Part shown: one piece after another, positions 1-9,063 of the stretch | Numbering within the stretch: the first letter of the stretch is position 1 | Layout: every line of letters begins with the position of its first letter | Source of the DNA: a virus | IMG/VR virus record: IMGVR_UViG_3300021364_000009 | Coordinates: 32,572-96,571 of that record | DNA length: 64,000 nucleotides | Strand: one strand, 5' to 3' | Translations under genes and position numbers: made by a program | The notes under the pieces: model-generated | The model's database searches: none | What the model saw: the letters and a program-made list of their open reading frames with translations, nothing else | Told to the model about the DNA's origin: nothing

Positions 1-65
1 ATTCCAACTCCTTTAGTATGTTTATGACGCTCTTATTTTGTTATATGGTCTACAGGAGAAAACTA

Positions 66-413
66 ATGTCTAATTTTTGGATAAACAAAGAAGGTGTCAA
101 CACTCTGAAGGGGACACACACTAATCCTCTAAATAAGATATATCTTCCAGACTATCTTATTGCAGAATTTCTAGTCCAACACCCACATAGTCGAAAAGAC
201 TTTTTAAGTTTGTTTGATACTATGCTTCCAGAGGAGCAGTTTCGGCTCCAAGAAATACTCGATTCTTATCCCGGACTCTTCAAAGATCGAGAACACGACC
301 AAGAAATAGAAGACAACTTTCAGTCGAGAGCAAATAAGTCAAGAGTCAACACGATTTCAAAGATCAAACCAAAACAAGAGAAGGTTAAGAAAACTTTGAG
401 GGTAAATAGATAG
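66..413 (+). CDS. hypothetical protein
   Basis: ORF 18..413; ATG at 66 (MSNFW...) follows an AGGAG SD, so it is the likely start; no recognisable domain. Confidence 0.7.
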   Translation: MSNFWINKEGVNTLKGTHTNPLNKIYLPDYLIAEFLVQHPHSRKDFLSLFDTMLPEEQFRLQEILDSYPGLFKDREHDQEIEDNFQSRANKSRVNTISKIKPKQEKVKKTLRVNR

Positions 414-422
414 TTTATTTAT
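410..422 (+). promoter_or_regulatory. putative late promoter motif ATA-N5-TTTAT
   Basis: ATAGTTTATTTAT, 40 nt before ATG 462; identical 13-mer at 15710. Confidence 0.55.
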
Positions 423-461
423 GTGTTCGAGTTTTAAATCCTCAAATCTAGGAGCACTCTC

Positions 462-827
462 ATGAGCAATGAAAAACCTCAAGACCCAACACAGTTTGAT
501 AAACTACCTCTCAAGAGCAAGAAGTTTTTAGCGTACTTGCTCGCAGACCTTGGGTGGAAATTCCTTATGTTTTATGTGATCTGGGAATATCAGACTAAGA
601 TTGAGCATTATGCTTTCATGGTGCTTGTAACCATGATCGTTACGAGTGGCTTCATTCAGATTGGCTACATCTTAGGTCAAGCGGCACTCGACAAGTACAC
701 TCACGTTGCCGTTTCAGCTTTAGATAAAGATAAAAGCCCTAGTTCCCCAACCCCTTCTCCATCTCAGAAAAAGCAGAAGCCTTTAGGCGAATTAGAAGAC
801 GGTGAAGACTTTGACGGGACGCTATAA
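462..827 (+). CDS. two-TM membrane protein, holin-like
   Basis: GGAG SD; LKSKKFLA N-terminal motif reminiscent of phage holins, two hydrophobic helices, charged C-tail. Confidence 0.5.
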   Translation: MSNEKPQDPTQFDKLPLKSKKFLAYLLADLGWKFLMFYVIWEYQTKIEHYAFMVLVTMIVTSGFIQIGYILGQAALDKYTHVAVSALDKDKSPSSPTPSPSQKKQKPLGELEDGEDFDGTL

Positions 828-829
828 TC

Positions 830-1342
830 ATGGGTGGTAGTTCCGCAGAGAGAGTGGCAAAGAAATACGCTTCTTCTATTAAGAATAAGAAGTTTTCTTT
901 ACCTATCTCATATGAAGAATATTATGAGAGAAGTAGCTTTGGTAGGCACTTATCTCTTCAGCTTCAATATGAGGGTTCTGATGTCGGAAATATCTCGGGC
1001 ATCTTAGTTGAGACAAAAGACTTATCTTCTTATCAATGCAAGTCTGATATTCAAGCACTAGCAGAGAGCCACTCAACTACCTCTACAATCAGAGGTGATG
1101 TTCGGATTCTTACTCTAAATGAGTCTGACTTGTCCGAGAGCTTTCGTGGTGTAGGTCTTGGGCTTCAAATGTACACTGAGTTTCTTCGTATTTTTTGGGA
1201 TAAGGTGAAGAAGCCTTTTATTTTTATTCCTGATGCTTGTGAAGTGGGGCGTACATCACAAGATGCTAGAAGAGTTTGGAACTCACTTGCGAGAAATAAA
1301 CCTTCTTCTAATCTTTGTATCGCAATATTAGAGAGACCTTAA
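830..1342 (+). CDS. GNAT-like acetyltransferase-fold protein (paralog of 5755..6309)
   Basis: FRGVGLG matches the R/QxxGxG acetyl-CoA loop; shares TSxDAxRVWNSLAR with the paralog. Confidence 0.55.
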   Translation: MGGSSAERVAKKYASSIKNKKFSLPISYEEYYERSSFGRHLSLQLQYEGSDVGNISGILVETKDLSSYQCKSDIQALAESHSTTSTIRGDVRILTLNESDLSESFRGVGLGLQMYTEFLRIFWDKVKKPFIFIPDACEVGRTSQDARRVWNSLARNKPSSNLCIAILERP

Positions 1343-1354
1343 GGAGAAATAGTC

Positions 1355-2710
1355 ATGCCAAAATATGTGTTAAATGCAGTACAGCAAAAAGAACAAGCGA
1401 GGCATGTTTCTCAGGCACTACGCTCTTACACTAGATTAGCTAGAGAAGTTAAGAGTATAGCGACAACAGCTAAAGCAGATCGAAGTCCTGCAAGGAAATT
1501 TGTTCAGTTAGCTAAAGCAAGCTCTCAAGTGTCGTCATTTTTAAATGCTTTTGTGGGTCAGCCTACGGACTATAGTGTCGCATATAGTTTTCGAGAGAAG
1601 TGTATCTACGCCTTGAGAGATCATCTCTTAGGTGCAAAGACGGCGACAGAGGCGAAAGAAATAATAAAAAACAACGTAGAGAAAGCATACATTCAGATTA
1701 CTATTTCTAATGCACAGCAAAATCTACGGAGTCTGTTGCCTCCTGAAATCAAAGCGTTCTTGCCAGATAACATTGTGATCGAGACAGATGACGATGGCTC
1801 TATCCGTAACATGACGGATATTTTTGGTAATGAAAGAGATACGCTTCAGAATAAAGTGAACCTTGTTCGCAAGATTGTAGAGAAGTACAACACTATCGTG
1901 CAACAGGTTAAAAAAGACTTGAAGAGTTCAAACGAGAGAACAAAGTTCAAGGCTATTGTCACTTCTATTCTTATGGAAACAGGAATCCGTCCCGGACGTG
2001 AAGGTAACGCATCTAGTGTTGCAGGAGTTCAGGTAGAGACTTTTGGTGCAGTTACCCTCGCACCCGAACACATTACGTTTGTTAAGTCGAACTTTGCCGA
2101 ACTTCAGTTTATCGGAAAAAAAGGCACTTTAAATGTAGCTTCCCTAAGAGACAGTGTAGTGATTAAAGAACTGAAGTCCTACGCAAAGAAAGCACTGAAG
2201 GGTAAACTTAACCGAGTATTTGTAGATAGGAATGGTATCCCTTTATCTCATGTTGAGATAAACTACTATTTCCAAGAGTATTTTGGAGAGATCAGACCTT
2301 CAGACTTGAGGAAATACAAAGCTACTGAGCAGATGTTTGAAGCCTTGAAAGAGGAACAAAAGTCTTTGCAGGCCAAAATACTAGAGTTTGTGGAAGATGA
2401 GGTAGAAGACCTTAAACCTAGAGTTGTCCAAGAAATAGTAAACACGCTAAATGTGGCTACAGAAAGAGCAAGAAGTTCTTTGAGCCATCTTTCCGGCTCA
2501 GACACTATTAGTTATTATGTCAATCCTGATGTAGTCTTAACTTTTCTCTCTCAAGGTTTTGTGGAAGAAGACTTGAAAAGTGCAATCATAAGAAACCAAC
2601 GTGTGCTTTCTTTTGACGTTGATGTTTTTGTTGATCACGCCATGTCTAAGAGAGGCTCATCGAACGAGTCTTTGCTTTCTATTTATACAGACCTCTCAAA
2701 AATGTTTTAA
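1355..2710 (+). CDS. DNA topoisomerase IB (bacterial/poxvirus-like)
   Basis: Catalytic pentad in order: R (ETGIRPG), K (FIGKKG), R (SDLRKY), H (SLSH), Y (SYYVNP); also the ETFGAVTL..H segment. Confidence 0.85.
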   Translation: MPKYVLNAVQQKEQARHVSQALRSYTRLAREVKSIATTAKADRSPARKFVQLAKASSQVSSFLNAFVGQPTDYSVAYSFREKCIYALRDHLLGAKTATEAKEIIKNNVEKAYIQITISNAQQNLRSLLPPEIKAFLPDNIVIETDDDGSIRNMTDIFGNERDTLQNKVNLVRKIVEKYNTIVQQVKKDLKSSNERTKFKAIVTSILMETGIRPGREGNASSVAGVQVETFGAVTLAPEHITFVKSNFAELQFIGKKGTLNVASLRDSVVIKELKSYAKKALKGKLNRVFVDRNGIPLSHVEINYYFQEYFGEIRPSDLRKYKATEQMFEALKEEQKSLQAKILEFVEDEVEDLKPRVVQEIVNTLNVATERARSSLSHLSGSDTISYYVNPDVVLTFLSQGFVEEDLKSAIIRNQRVLSFDVDVFVDHAMSKRGSSNESLLSIYTDLSKMF

Positions 2711-2756
2711 TGGTCGGTATTCTCCTTTATAGTGAAACACAACAAGGAGGTGTGCT

Positions 2757-2945
2757 TTGAGAGTTTCTTTTTTTTACTTGGTCTTAATTCTTACTTTTAT
2801 TTTTGCTTTGTCTTCTGAAGCTGTTTCTTTCGTCTCTGTGGGAGACGTACCTTCCGTAGAAGGCGAAGAAGGTGGGAATATGTTGGACTCAGATGTTCCG
2901 CAGAAATACGACGAAGAAGAATTTGAAGAAGACTATGGGTGCTAA
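2757..2945 (+). CDS. small protein with N-terminal signal/TM helix and acidic tail
   Basis: AAGGAGG SD before TTG; hydrophobic first 24 aa. Confidence 0.6.
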   Translation: MRVSFFYLVLILTFIFALSSEAVSFVSVGDVPSVEGEEGGNMLDSDVPQKYDEEEFEEDYGC

Positions 2946-2947
2946 AA

Positions 2948-3553
2948 ATGAAAGATAAGAATGATTTTGGTGGGGGAAATAAGAACTCTCTTTACATCCC
3001 AATGTCGGAGATTGAGCAAGAATTCCTACAACGTCTTGTAGAGTCCAAAAGTTTCAGATTGATCATACATGAGTGGGGCTATGTAGATGAGCCAAGAGTG
3101 ACGTTTGGAGATAAAAACCTCCATGTGTTCTTTAAGCTCACTTTCGATAAGCCTGAGACACCAATGCCTGTTCATTATTTCGATTTGGAGCTTCAAACAA
3201 GATCGGGGATTACTCTATCGAAGCAAAGAATGAGCACTGAGTACGGAGGACAGCCAATCTTAGTGGCACAAGGCTTATCTCTCGATATGGTTTGGGACAT
3301 TGCTATTAAGCATATTGACCCTAAACTCTTAAAGTCTTTAATGCCTAGTGTTACAGGGCTTACTTCACGTCTTCAAGACCGTGACAACCATGAGTTTACG
3401 GTCTTTGGGAACATGAGGCTGAACCGAGACCTTAAAGATAAAGCTCTTGCTCTGCATAAGGCAGAGATTAAGCTCAAAGAAACAGAGAAGATTATCCGAG
3501 AAGAAGCGAGGAAAAACCCTCGAAACATGTTTGAAGATTATCCGAAAAAGTGA
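2948..3553 (+). CDS. hypothetical protein
   Basis: ORF 2939..3553; ATG at 2948 right after the upstream stop. Confidence 0.7.
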   Translation: MKDKNDFGGGNKNSLYIPMSEIEQEFLQRLVESKSFRLIIHEWGYVDEPRVTFGDKNLHVFFKLTFDKPETPMPVHYFDLELQTRSGITLSKQRMSTEYGGQPILVAQGLSLDMVWDIAIKHIDPKLLKSLMPSVTGLTSRLQDRDNHEFTVFGNMRLNRDLKDKALALHKAEIKLKETEKIIREEARKNPRNMFEDYPKK

Positions 3554-3807
3554 TTCTTTTCTCGCTCTATTTTGTCTCTTATCACTCCCATAAGAGAATA
3601 GACTGCTTCAGACTTTCGCTTGTTTAAATAGAACTCAGGTATCCACCATCTGTCAAATCTGCGATTGCCTTCATGCAGTAACGTGGCGAGTGCATTTCTG
3701 TATTTCTCTTTTTCATTGTCGTCTTCAACATGGTCGATCATCTTTTTTGTAGTATGCAAGATGACGATAAAACGTGTTTTGTATTTGTGGTTAAAGAAGT
3801 CGAGCAT
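3538..3807 (-). CDS. hypothetical protein
   Basis: ORF 3538..3879; likely start MLDFF at 3807 just after the ClpP stop; ends KNHFFG. Confidence 0.6.
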   Translation of the reverse strand: MLDFFNHKYKTRFIVILHTTKKMIDHVEDDNEKEKYRNALATLLHEGNRRFDRWWIPEFYLNKRKSEAVYSLMGVIRDKIEREKNHFFG

Positions 3808-3809
3808 TC

Positions 3810-4445
3810 TTAATTTCTCTCGTAATGTATGATCTCGTCTACGACACCATGCTGTAGACATTGTTCTGCATTTAGCCAAAGGTCTCTTTTTAAGAGTTTC
3901 TTTAGCTCTTTTTTCTTCATTTTAGTGTGCTTCAAATAAATGGACTCTATCATCTCCATAAGAGAGTCCATACTTTCTTTTTCGTCTTTTAAGTTTTCGT
4001 AAGTCCCCCAAACTCCAGTTGAAACTTGGTGCATAAGGAAGAAGGAGTGCTCAGTGATATATCTTTTAGCCCCTACTACAGAGAGCATTGTCCCAGCGGA
4101 AGCGACACTGCCTTCTACATATGTGATGACAGGAACTTGGCTATTCAGAATGTGGCTTGCACCTGCAAGACCCGCAAAAGCGTCTCCACCATAAGAGTTG
4201 ATATGGAGGTGGATTGGAGGGGCTGTACTCAAACCTAAGTTTTGAGATACTTGGATAATCTGATCGTTTAGGTTTTGGATAGCAATCCCTAGAAGCATAA
4301 CAGACTTGGGGTTTACAGACTCGTAGAAATAAATATGGTTCTCTACGGTAGTGACTGCCCCTTGAGGGCTATGGCTATCGTCCATATAAACGCTCTCTGT
4401 GTTGCTGTTTCTTACGACTCTTCGATTAAAGGGTGTATTGATCAT
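3810..4445 (-). CDS. clpP: ClpP-like (S14) serine protease subunit
   Basis: IHLHINSYGG, VASAGT (catalytic Ser), LMHQ (His), RDLWLNAEQCLQHGVVDEI (Asp region); ATG 4445 overlaps the upstream stop (alternative start 4478). Confidence 0.85.
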   Translation of the reverse strand: MINTPFNRRVVRNSNTESVYMDDSHSPQGAVTTVENHIYFYESVNPKSVMLLGIAIQNLNDQIIQVSQNLGLSTAPPIHLHINSYGGDAFAGLAGASHILNSQVPVITYVEGSVASAGTMLSVVGAKRYITEHSFFLMHQVSTGVWGTYENLKDEKESMDSLMEMIESIYLKHTKMKKKELKKLLKRDLWLNAEQCLQHGVVDEIIHYERN

Positions 4446-4858
4446 ATCACTCTCACAATGTGGTAATTGTCTCTCCAAGCAGAGATCAGTATATGGTTTA
4501 AATTAGATTCTTCCATAGAAAAACAATCAGGCATTTTCTTATGTTCGATCTGGCAGTATTTCTTGTGATAGGAGGCACAGCTTTTATAGCTAGAGCAAGT
4601 TTTATTTACAGGTGCTTTTTTTAAACATCCTTGCGGTTCTCTGACTTCTCGCATTAGAGGTGTCGCATCTCCATGTAAAGCACGATCCAATATATCTTCA
4701 GAAATACTTGGTATGAGGCTTTCCCACTCAGTCCCCTTGAGTTCAGCGTATTCGCCCCAAGAGTCTCCATCTACAGGCATTATTCTGGCTATTTTAGGGT
4801 TCTGCCAGATTTTGCTTTGGATAGACATAAAGACTATCCCGTTTCTTTTATAGATCAA
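4442..4858 (-). CDS. hypothetical Cys-rich protein
   Basis: Tiles between its neighbours with 4-nt overlaps; several Cys in the C-terminal half; start may be 4828. Confidence 0.65.
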   Translation of the reverse strand: MIYKRNGIVFMSIQSKIWQNPKIARIMPVDGDSWGEYAELKGTEWESLIPSISEDILDRALHGDATPLMREVREPQGCLKKAPVNKTCSSYKSCASYHKKYCQIEHKKMPDCFSMEESNLNHILISAWRDNYHIVRVI

Positions 4859-5172
4859 TGGTACACCCCTCTAGTGTTCTTTATTTCTTTGAGCACAATG
4901 TCTATTATCTCATCTGTCATAACTTCTTCTGAGCTGAAGAATTCTACTATTTCTTCAGAAGGAGAGCCGACTAAAGCTACCATTTCTTTAGTACCATCTT
5001 CGTCAGAGTGTACGACCACTTTTAAGTGTGGAAAGTAAAAATTCACACCCAACTTTGTCCCTATATTAATCCAAATGCTTATAAGCTCTTCTGGACTTTT
5101 AGCTTCCTCCATTAGAGTCTGCATAGTGCTATCGAATATGGCTTTTAGCTCTTCCTTAGAAAACAATGACAT
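4855..5172 (-). CDS. hypothetical acidic protein
   Basis: AAGGAG SD, fits the operon. Confidence 0.7.
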   Translation of the reverse strand: MSLFSKEELKAIFDSTMQTLMEEAKSPEELISIWINIGTKLGVNFYFPHLKVVVHSDEDGTKEMVALVGSPSEEIVEFFSSEEVMTDEIIDIVLKEIKNTRGVYH

Positions 5173-5182
5173 TGGTATCTCC

Positions 5183-5695
5183 TTATGTGAGTTTGCTATA
5201 TAACTTCTGCCATTGTTCCAAAGATTGAAGTTCTAGTGAACTTATGAAGTCATATGCTTCCCACATTCTTATTGCTTGAGATAACTCTATTTCTCTATTG
5301 TCGGTTTTGTTTTTCAACAGCGTATATACTCGCTTGGAGAGCACTTCTATTTCGGAAGGGTTTGTGTTTTTTTCAGAGTACACGTCCTTCTTTTTTTTGA
5401 AGACCCACTCACTAAGTCCGTATTTCTTCTCCAAAACGGAGCAAGAGTCATTGAAAGAGAGTCCTTCTTTTTCCACTACGGTAGAAATAGCATCTCTGCT
5501 TTTTCCACATGCAAAGCAAAACCAACTATTCGTTTGAGGATAGACTCTAGCTGAGGGTGCATTATCTGAACCGTCACCATGCAAGTCACATCGGAATTGT
5601 TGTTCTCCACCGTCTACATGGACATCGTAGCCGTACTCTTGTAGTACGGCTTCTATGTTTATTTGCTCTTTGATTCTTAAAGCACGTTTGTTCAA
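5183..5695 (-). CDS. stand-alone DnaG-type CHC2 zinc-finger (primase Zn-binding domain) protein
   Basis: CDLH...PSARVY...WFCFACG...DAI..V...EGLSF pattern; no TOPRIM domain; AAGGAGG SD before TTG. Confidence 0.8.
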   Translation of the reverse strand: MNKRALRIKEQINIEAVLQEYGYDVHVDGGEQQFRCDLHGDGSDNAPSARVYPQTNSWFCFACGKSRDAISTVVEKEGLSFNDSCSVLEKKYGLSEWVFKKKKDVYSEKNTNPSEIEVLSKRVYTLLKNKTDNREIELSQAIRMWEAYDFISSLELQSLEQWQKLYSKLT

Positions 5696-5709
5696 CTTGT
5701 ACCTCCTTT

Positions 5710-5722
5710 ATATCTTCTTTAT
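5710..5722 (+). promoter_or_regulatory. putative late promoter motif
   Basis: ATATCTTCTTTAT upstream of an isolated plus-strand gene. Confidence 0.55.
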
Positions 5723-5754
5723 ATGTTTTGATTATTAAAGTTAAAGGAGAAGCT

Positions 5755-6309
5755 ATGAGAAAGAAAATTGCGAACGATCTGCTTAAGCCCTTAGAGACAT
5801 ATGGCAAGTATGAAGGTGTTTTAGAGTATGACACATACACTCTTGGCGATGACTTGGGTGTCACCTTCTATGGTAATGGAGAACAGATCGGATATATTCG
5901 AGGACAGAAGCTTGACTATAAGAACTTCCAATCTTTGCAGAAAGTTAGAGATTGTTATCCCGATGTTGTGAACTTAGCAGAGATGGGTGGTAGTGATGTG
6001 TGTGACAGGAAAAAAGGAGTCTCCTGTCTTTTACCTAGAGTTTTCATGATTACAGACTCAGATTTAGATACGAACGACAATCAAGGAACCTCGCTAAGAG
6101 GCACAGGCATTGGTCGGATGATGTATGAAGCTATCTTCACAGAGTTTTATGAAGACCAAAAAAATAAGGATTTCATAGCTGTACCTATGAAATGTATTTT
6201 TGGTCGAAGCAGTACTTCTTCAGATGCTCAGAGAGTGTGGAACTCTCTTGCTAGGACATTAGAGTCTTCTAATGATCTTGTTCTTGTAGACAGACCTTTG
6301 ATCTTTTAG
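5755..6309 (+). CDS. GNAT-like acetyltransferase-fold protein (paralog of 830..1342)
   Basis: LRGTGIGRMMY loop; TSSDAQRVWNSLAR; AAGGAG SD before ATG 5755. Confidence 0.55.
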   Translation: MRKKIANDLLKPLETYGKYEGVLEYDTYTLGDDLGVTFYGNGEQIGYIRGQKLDYKNFQSLQKVRDCYPDVVNLAEMGGSDVCDRKKGVSCLLPRVFMITDSDLDTNDNQGTSLRGTGIGRMMYEAIFTEFYEDQKNKDFIAVPMKCIFGRSSTSSDAQRVWNSLARTLESSNDLVLVDRPLIF

Positions 6310-6650
6310 TTTTTTTCCCACCAATCGTCAAAACCCCCAAATGGGATGAGGTCATATATTTCTACAGGAATACTACCCACACAGTCATAACTGAACCATT
6401 CTCCTGAACCTCTCCACTCTTTGAGTTCTTCGTGGAGTTCTTTCTCTCTCCACCCCAAACCCTCTAAAGATGCAACTATTCTCAGAGTATTGGGGTTTCC
6501 TGTCTGTAAGTTTTTGAGTCTTCTTTCAGGATGTTTAGACCTCCCTATCTTTATTTCTCCCGTGTTAGAAGATTGGATGAAATAAAGATAGTCGCCTTTC
6601 CTTTCGAGCTTCCTTGCTCTGTAGTTTTTCACTAGCTCTTCATATTTCAT
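6306..6650 (-). CDS. GIY-YIG superfamily (T5orf172/MUG113-like) protein
   Basis: YLYFIQ...IKIGRSKHPERRLKNLQTGNP...EKELH...GEWF. Confidence 0.85.
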   Translation of the reverse strand: MKYEELVKNYRARKLERKGDYLYFIQSSNTGEIKIGRSKHPERRLKNLQTGNPNTLRIVASLEGLGWREKELHEELKEWRGSGEWFSYDCVGSIPVEIYDLIPFGGFDDWWEKN

Positions 6651-6652
6651 TC

Positions 6653-7882
6653 TTAGACTCCAAAGAAATTCTCTTTAGCCCATTTAGGTTCAGGAGCTTC
6701 TCCTTTGCTCCAAACCCAAATAGGCTCACCATAAACAGAACCACCTACTTCTCCCATCCTATCGCCAGGTCTTTTGTTCATCCTATACCCGATAACACCT
6801 TCATACGTTGCTCCTATTGACTCCATATAACTCAACATAGGTTCACAGATAGAAGCATTTACATCGGTTCTTGAGTGTCCCTTATCTGCGATGTTGATTG
6901 CAATTCTCCCCCCTTGGACTAAGCTCTCCCAAGCTAGTTTTAAACTAGGTAGAAAAAACAGATCGAGCCATTCTTGGTTGGTTTTATATCGTTTCCAACT
7001 TTGTGTCTCTTCTTCAGAGTATTTCTCAATGTTGAAATAAGGGGGAGAGGTAAATACAAAGTCGAACTTACGATCTCCAAGATCAGCATCTTCAGCGGGA
7101 GAGCAAATAAACTCTGTTTTCTTTCCTGTGTTGCAGAATTCAGAAATAGAGTTGTAGTGTGGGTGGAGCTTTGAGTTAGGGTCAATACCTACATAGCTCT
7201 CTGCGTTGGAAGCGTGGAACCCAACGAGTCTGTCACCCCAACCTGCGGAGAAGTCGATCACATTTTTAGCGTCAAAGAAATCGTAAAGTGTTTTTGCACA
7301 TGAAGGTTTGAACTGAGACGCCATGTAGTTTCCTAATCTCAGACAATCTCTAAGTTGCTTATTTCCGACACCATTTTTCAAAGCGTCTTTCTCGGAAAGC
7401 GTCCAAAGAACTCTTAATACATATCGAGTCTTTGATTTGCATCCGTCTCTAGTCCATTCTCTCATCGGGCTTTTGTGCTCAAAATGAGCACACTTCATTC
7501 TTTCAATGTGTGTGTGCTGATCTGACACTTTTAAACCATGAGATGAAGATTGGAAGTAACACGGCTTATCTAAATATGTAGTGGGCACATCAGGGATGGT
7601 TCTTAGACAAACCCAATCTCCAATCTCTATTTCTTTGCTCTCTTGTTTCAGACTATTAAAGTCTTTGTTTAGCTTATTGTGTGTGTATTTTCTTTCGGGG
7701 AAAGGTAGGTTATTTTCTTCTATCAGACTAGAAAGATGTTCGATTATTTCCTTCTTCTCGAAGTTATGTTTTATTTCACTCCAAATATGAGGGGGGATTG
7801 AAATCTCGTCTTTTTCTATAAGACTGTAGTCTGAGAGCTTTTTTGTTGTTTCTTTTTCTGCACTTAAATCAAATAATTCCAT
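6653..7882 (-). CDS. DNA amino-methyltransferase (m4C/m6A), array copy 1
   Basis: Motif I DFSAGWGDRL, motif IV FTSPPYF. Confidence 0.9.
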   Translation of the reverse strand: MELFDLSAEKETTKKLSDYSLIEKDEISIPPHIWSEIKHNFEKKEIIEHLSSLIEENNLPFPERKYTHNKLNKDFNSLKQESKEIEIGDWVCLRTIPDVPTTYLDKPCYFQSSSHGLKVSDQHTHIERMKCAHFEHKSPMREWTRDGCKSKTRYVLRVLWTLSEKDALKNGVGNKQLRDCLRLGNYMASQFKPSCAKTLYDFFDAKNVIDFSAGWGDRLVGFHASNAESYVGIDPNSKLHPHYNSISEFCNTGKKTEFICSPAEDADLGDRKFDFVFTSPPYFNIEKYSEEETQSWKRYKTNQEWLDLFFLPSLKLAWESLVQGGRIAINIADKGHSRTDVNASICEPMLSYMESIGATYEGVIGYRMNKRPGDRMGEVGGSVYGEPIWVWSKGEAPEPKWAKENFFGV

Positions 7883-7884
7883 TT

Positions 7885-9063
7885 TTAAACTCCGAAGAAA
7901 TTATCTTGTGACCATTTAGGTTCGGGGGCTTCTCCCTTACTCCATATCCAAATAGGTTCAGCAAAAGGCTTTTCTGTTTTCTGGCCGCCTCGTTGATAAA
8001 GTTCATATCCAATCGCACCTTCGTAGTGGGCGTTCAGTTTTTCCATGTGTTTGAGCATAGGCTCACATAAGTTTATGTTCTTTTTGTCATTGATATTAAC
8101 ACATACTCTCCCACCCTCAGATAAATGATTCCAACATTTCGTTAGAGTTGGAAGCAAGAACCCCTCTAACCATTTTTCAGGTGTTGCGTATCGCTTCCAA
8201 CTCTGTGTTTCTTCTTCAGAGTATTTCTCAATGTTGAAATAAGGTGGAGAGGTGAACACAAAGTCGAATACTCTATCTTCAAGATCAGCATCTTCAGCAG
8301 GAGAGCAGATAAACTCTGTTTTCTTTCCTGTGTTGCAGAATTCAGAAATAGCGTTGTAGTGTGGGTGGAGTTTAGTGTTTGGGTCTACTCCCACATAAGA
8401 AATAGCATTTGAGGCGTGGAAGCCAACGAGTCGATCTCCCCAACCTGCTGAGAAATCGAGTACATTTTTAGCGTCAAAGAAATCGTATAGCCATTTTGCA
8501 ACCACAGGTCTAAACTGTTGAGCCATATAAGAGTGGCTCATGATTGCTCTCCTTAAAGTTTGACTATTGATGCCACCTCTAGTGTAAGGTTCATCGCTCC
8601 TAAAACCAAAGAAGCCTCTGAGGAAGTTATTCTTTTTATCTGGATTTTGCCATTCATAGATAGGGGACTTACTCGAATGATACCCACAGTTCATTCTTAC
8701 TATTTGAGTGTATTGGTCTGAGATAGTTTTTCCCCTATTATTTCCTGAAAATAATAGGTGTTGGTCTAAGTATTTATTCTCTAAGCCTCTTACTTGTCTT
8801 GGATTTTCCCACTCTATTTCTTTCAGCTCTATTTCTGACTGTTTTAGTTTCAACCAGTCTTTTTTAACTTCGCTTAGTTCATACTCTCGTAGAGGAAAAG
8901 GTAGCTTCTTTATTTCTTCTGATAGGTGTGCTTTTATTTCTTCTTCAGAGAAATAATGGAGCAAGTTATCCCATTCTTTTGTAGAGATATAAAGACGGTT
9001 CTCTATTACGGTAGAGTACTCTTCTATCGGTTTTTTGGGTTCTCGTTCTAAATCAAACAGCAT
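7885..9063 (-). CDS. DNA amino-methyltransferase (m4C/m6A), array copy 2
   Basis: DFSAGWGDRL and FTSPPYF. Confidence 0.9.
   Translation of the reverse strand: MLFDLEREPKKPIEEYSTVIENRLYISTKEWDNLLHYFSEEEIKAHLSEEIKKLPFPLREYELSEVKKDWLKLKQSEIELKEIEWENPRQVRGLENKYLDQHLLFSGNNRGKTISDQYTQIVRMNCGYHSSKSPIYEWQNPDKKNNFLRGFFGFRSDEPYTRGGINSQTLRRAIMSHSYMAQQFRPVVAKWLYDFFDAKNVLDFSAGWGDRLVGFHASNAISYVGVDPNTKLHPHYNAISEFCNTGKKTEFICSPAEDADLEDRVFDFVFTSPPYFNIEKYSEEETQSWKRYATPEKWLEGFLLPTLTKCWNHLSEGGRVCVNINDKKNINLCEPMLKHMEKLNAHYEGAIGYELYQRGGQKTEKPFAEPIWIWSKGEAPEPKWSQDNFFGV

Noticed and set aside
1355-2710. Tyrosine integrase or protelomerase
   Set aside because: The FGAVTL..H, FIGKKG and DLRKY..T segments fit TopIB, and there is no HxLR box
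5703-5749. 8-bp inverted repeat CTCCTTTA/TAAAGGAG as a regulatory hairpin
   Set aside because: It is explained by back-to-back SD sequences of two divergent genes
6306-6650. GIY-YIG gene as the cognate restriction enzyme or an intron homing endonuclease
   Set aside because: It is only 114 aa, T5orf172-like, has no DNA-binding extension and interrupts no gene; a role with the MTases cannot be supported from sequence
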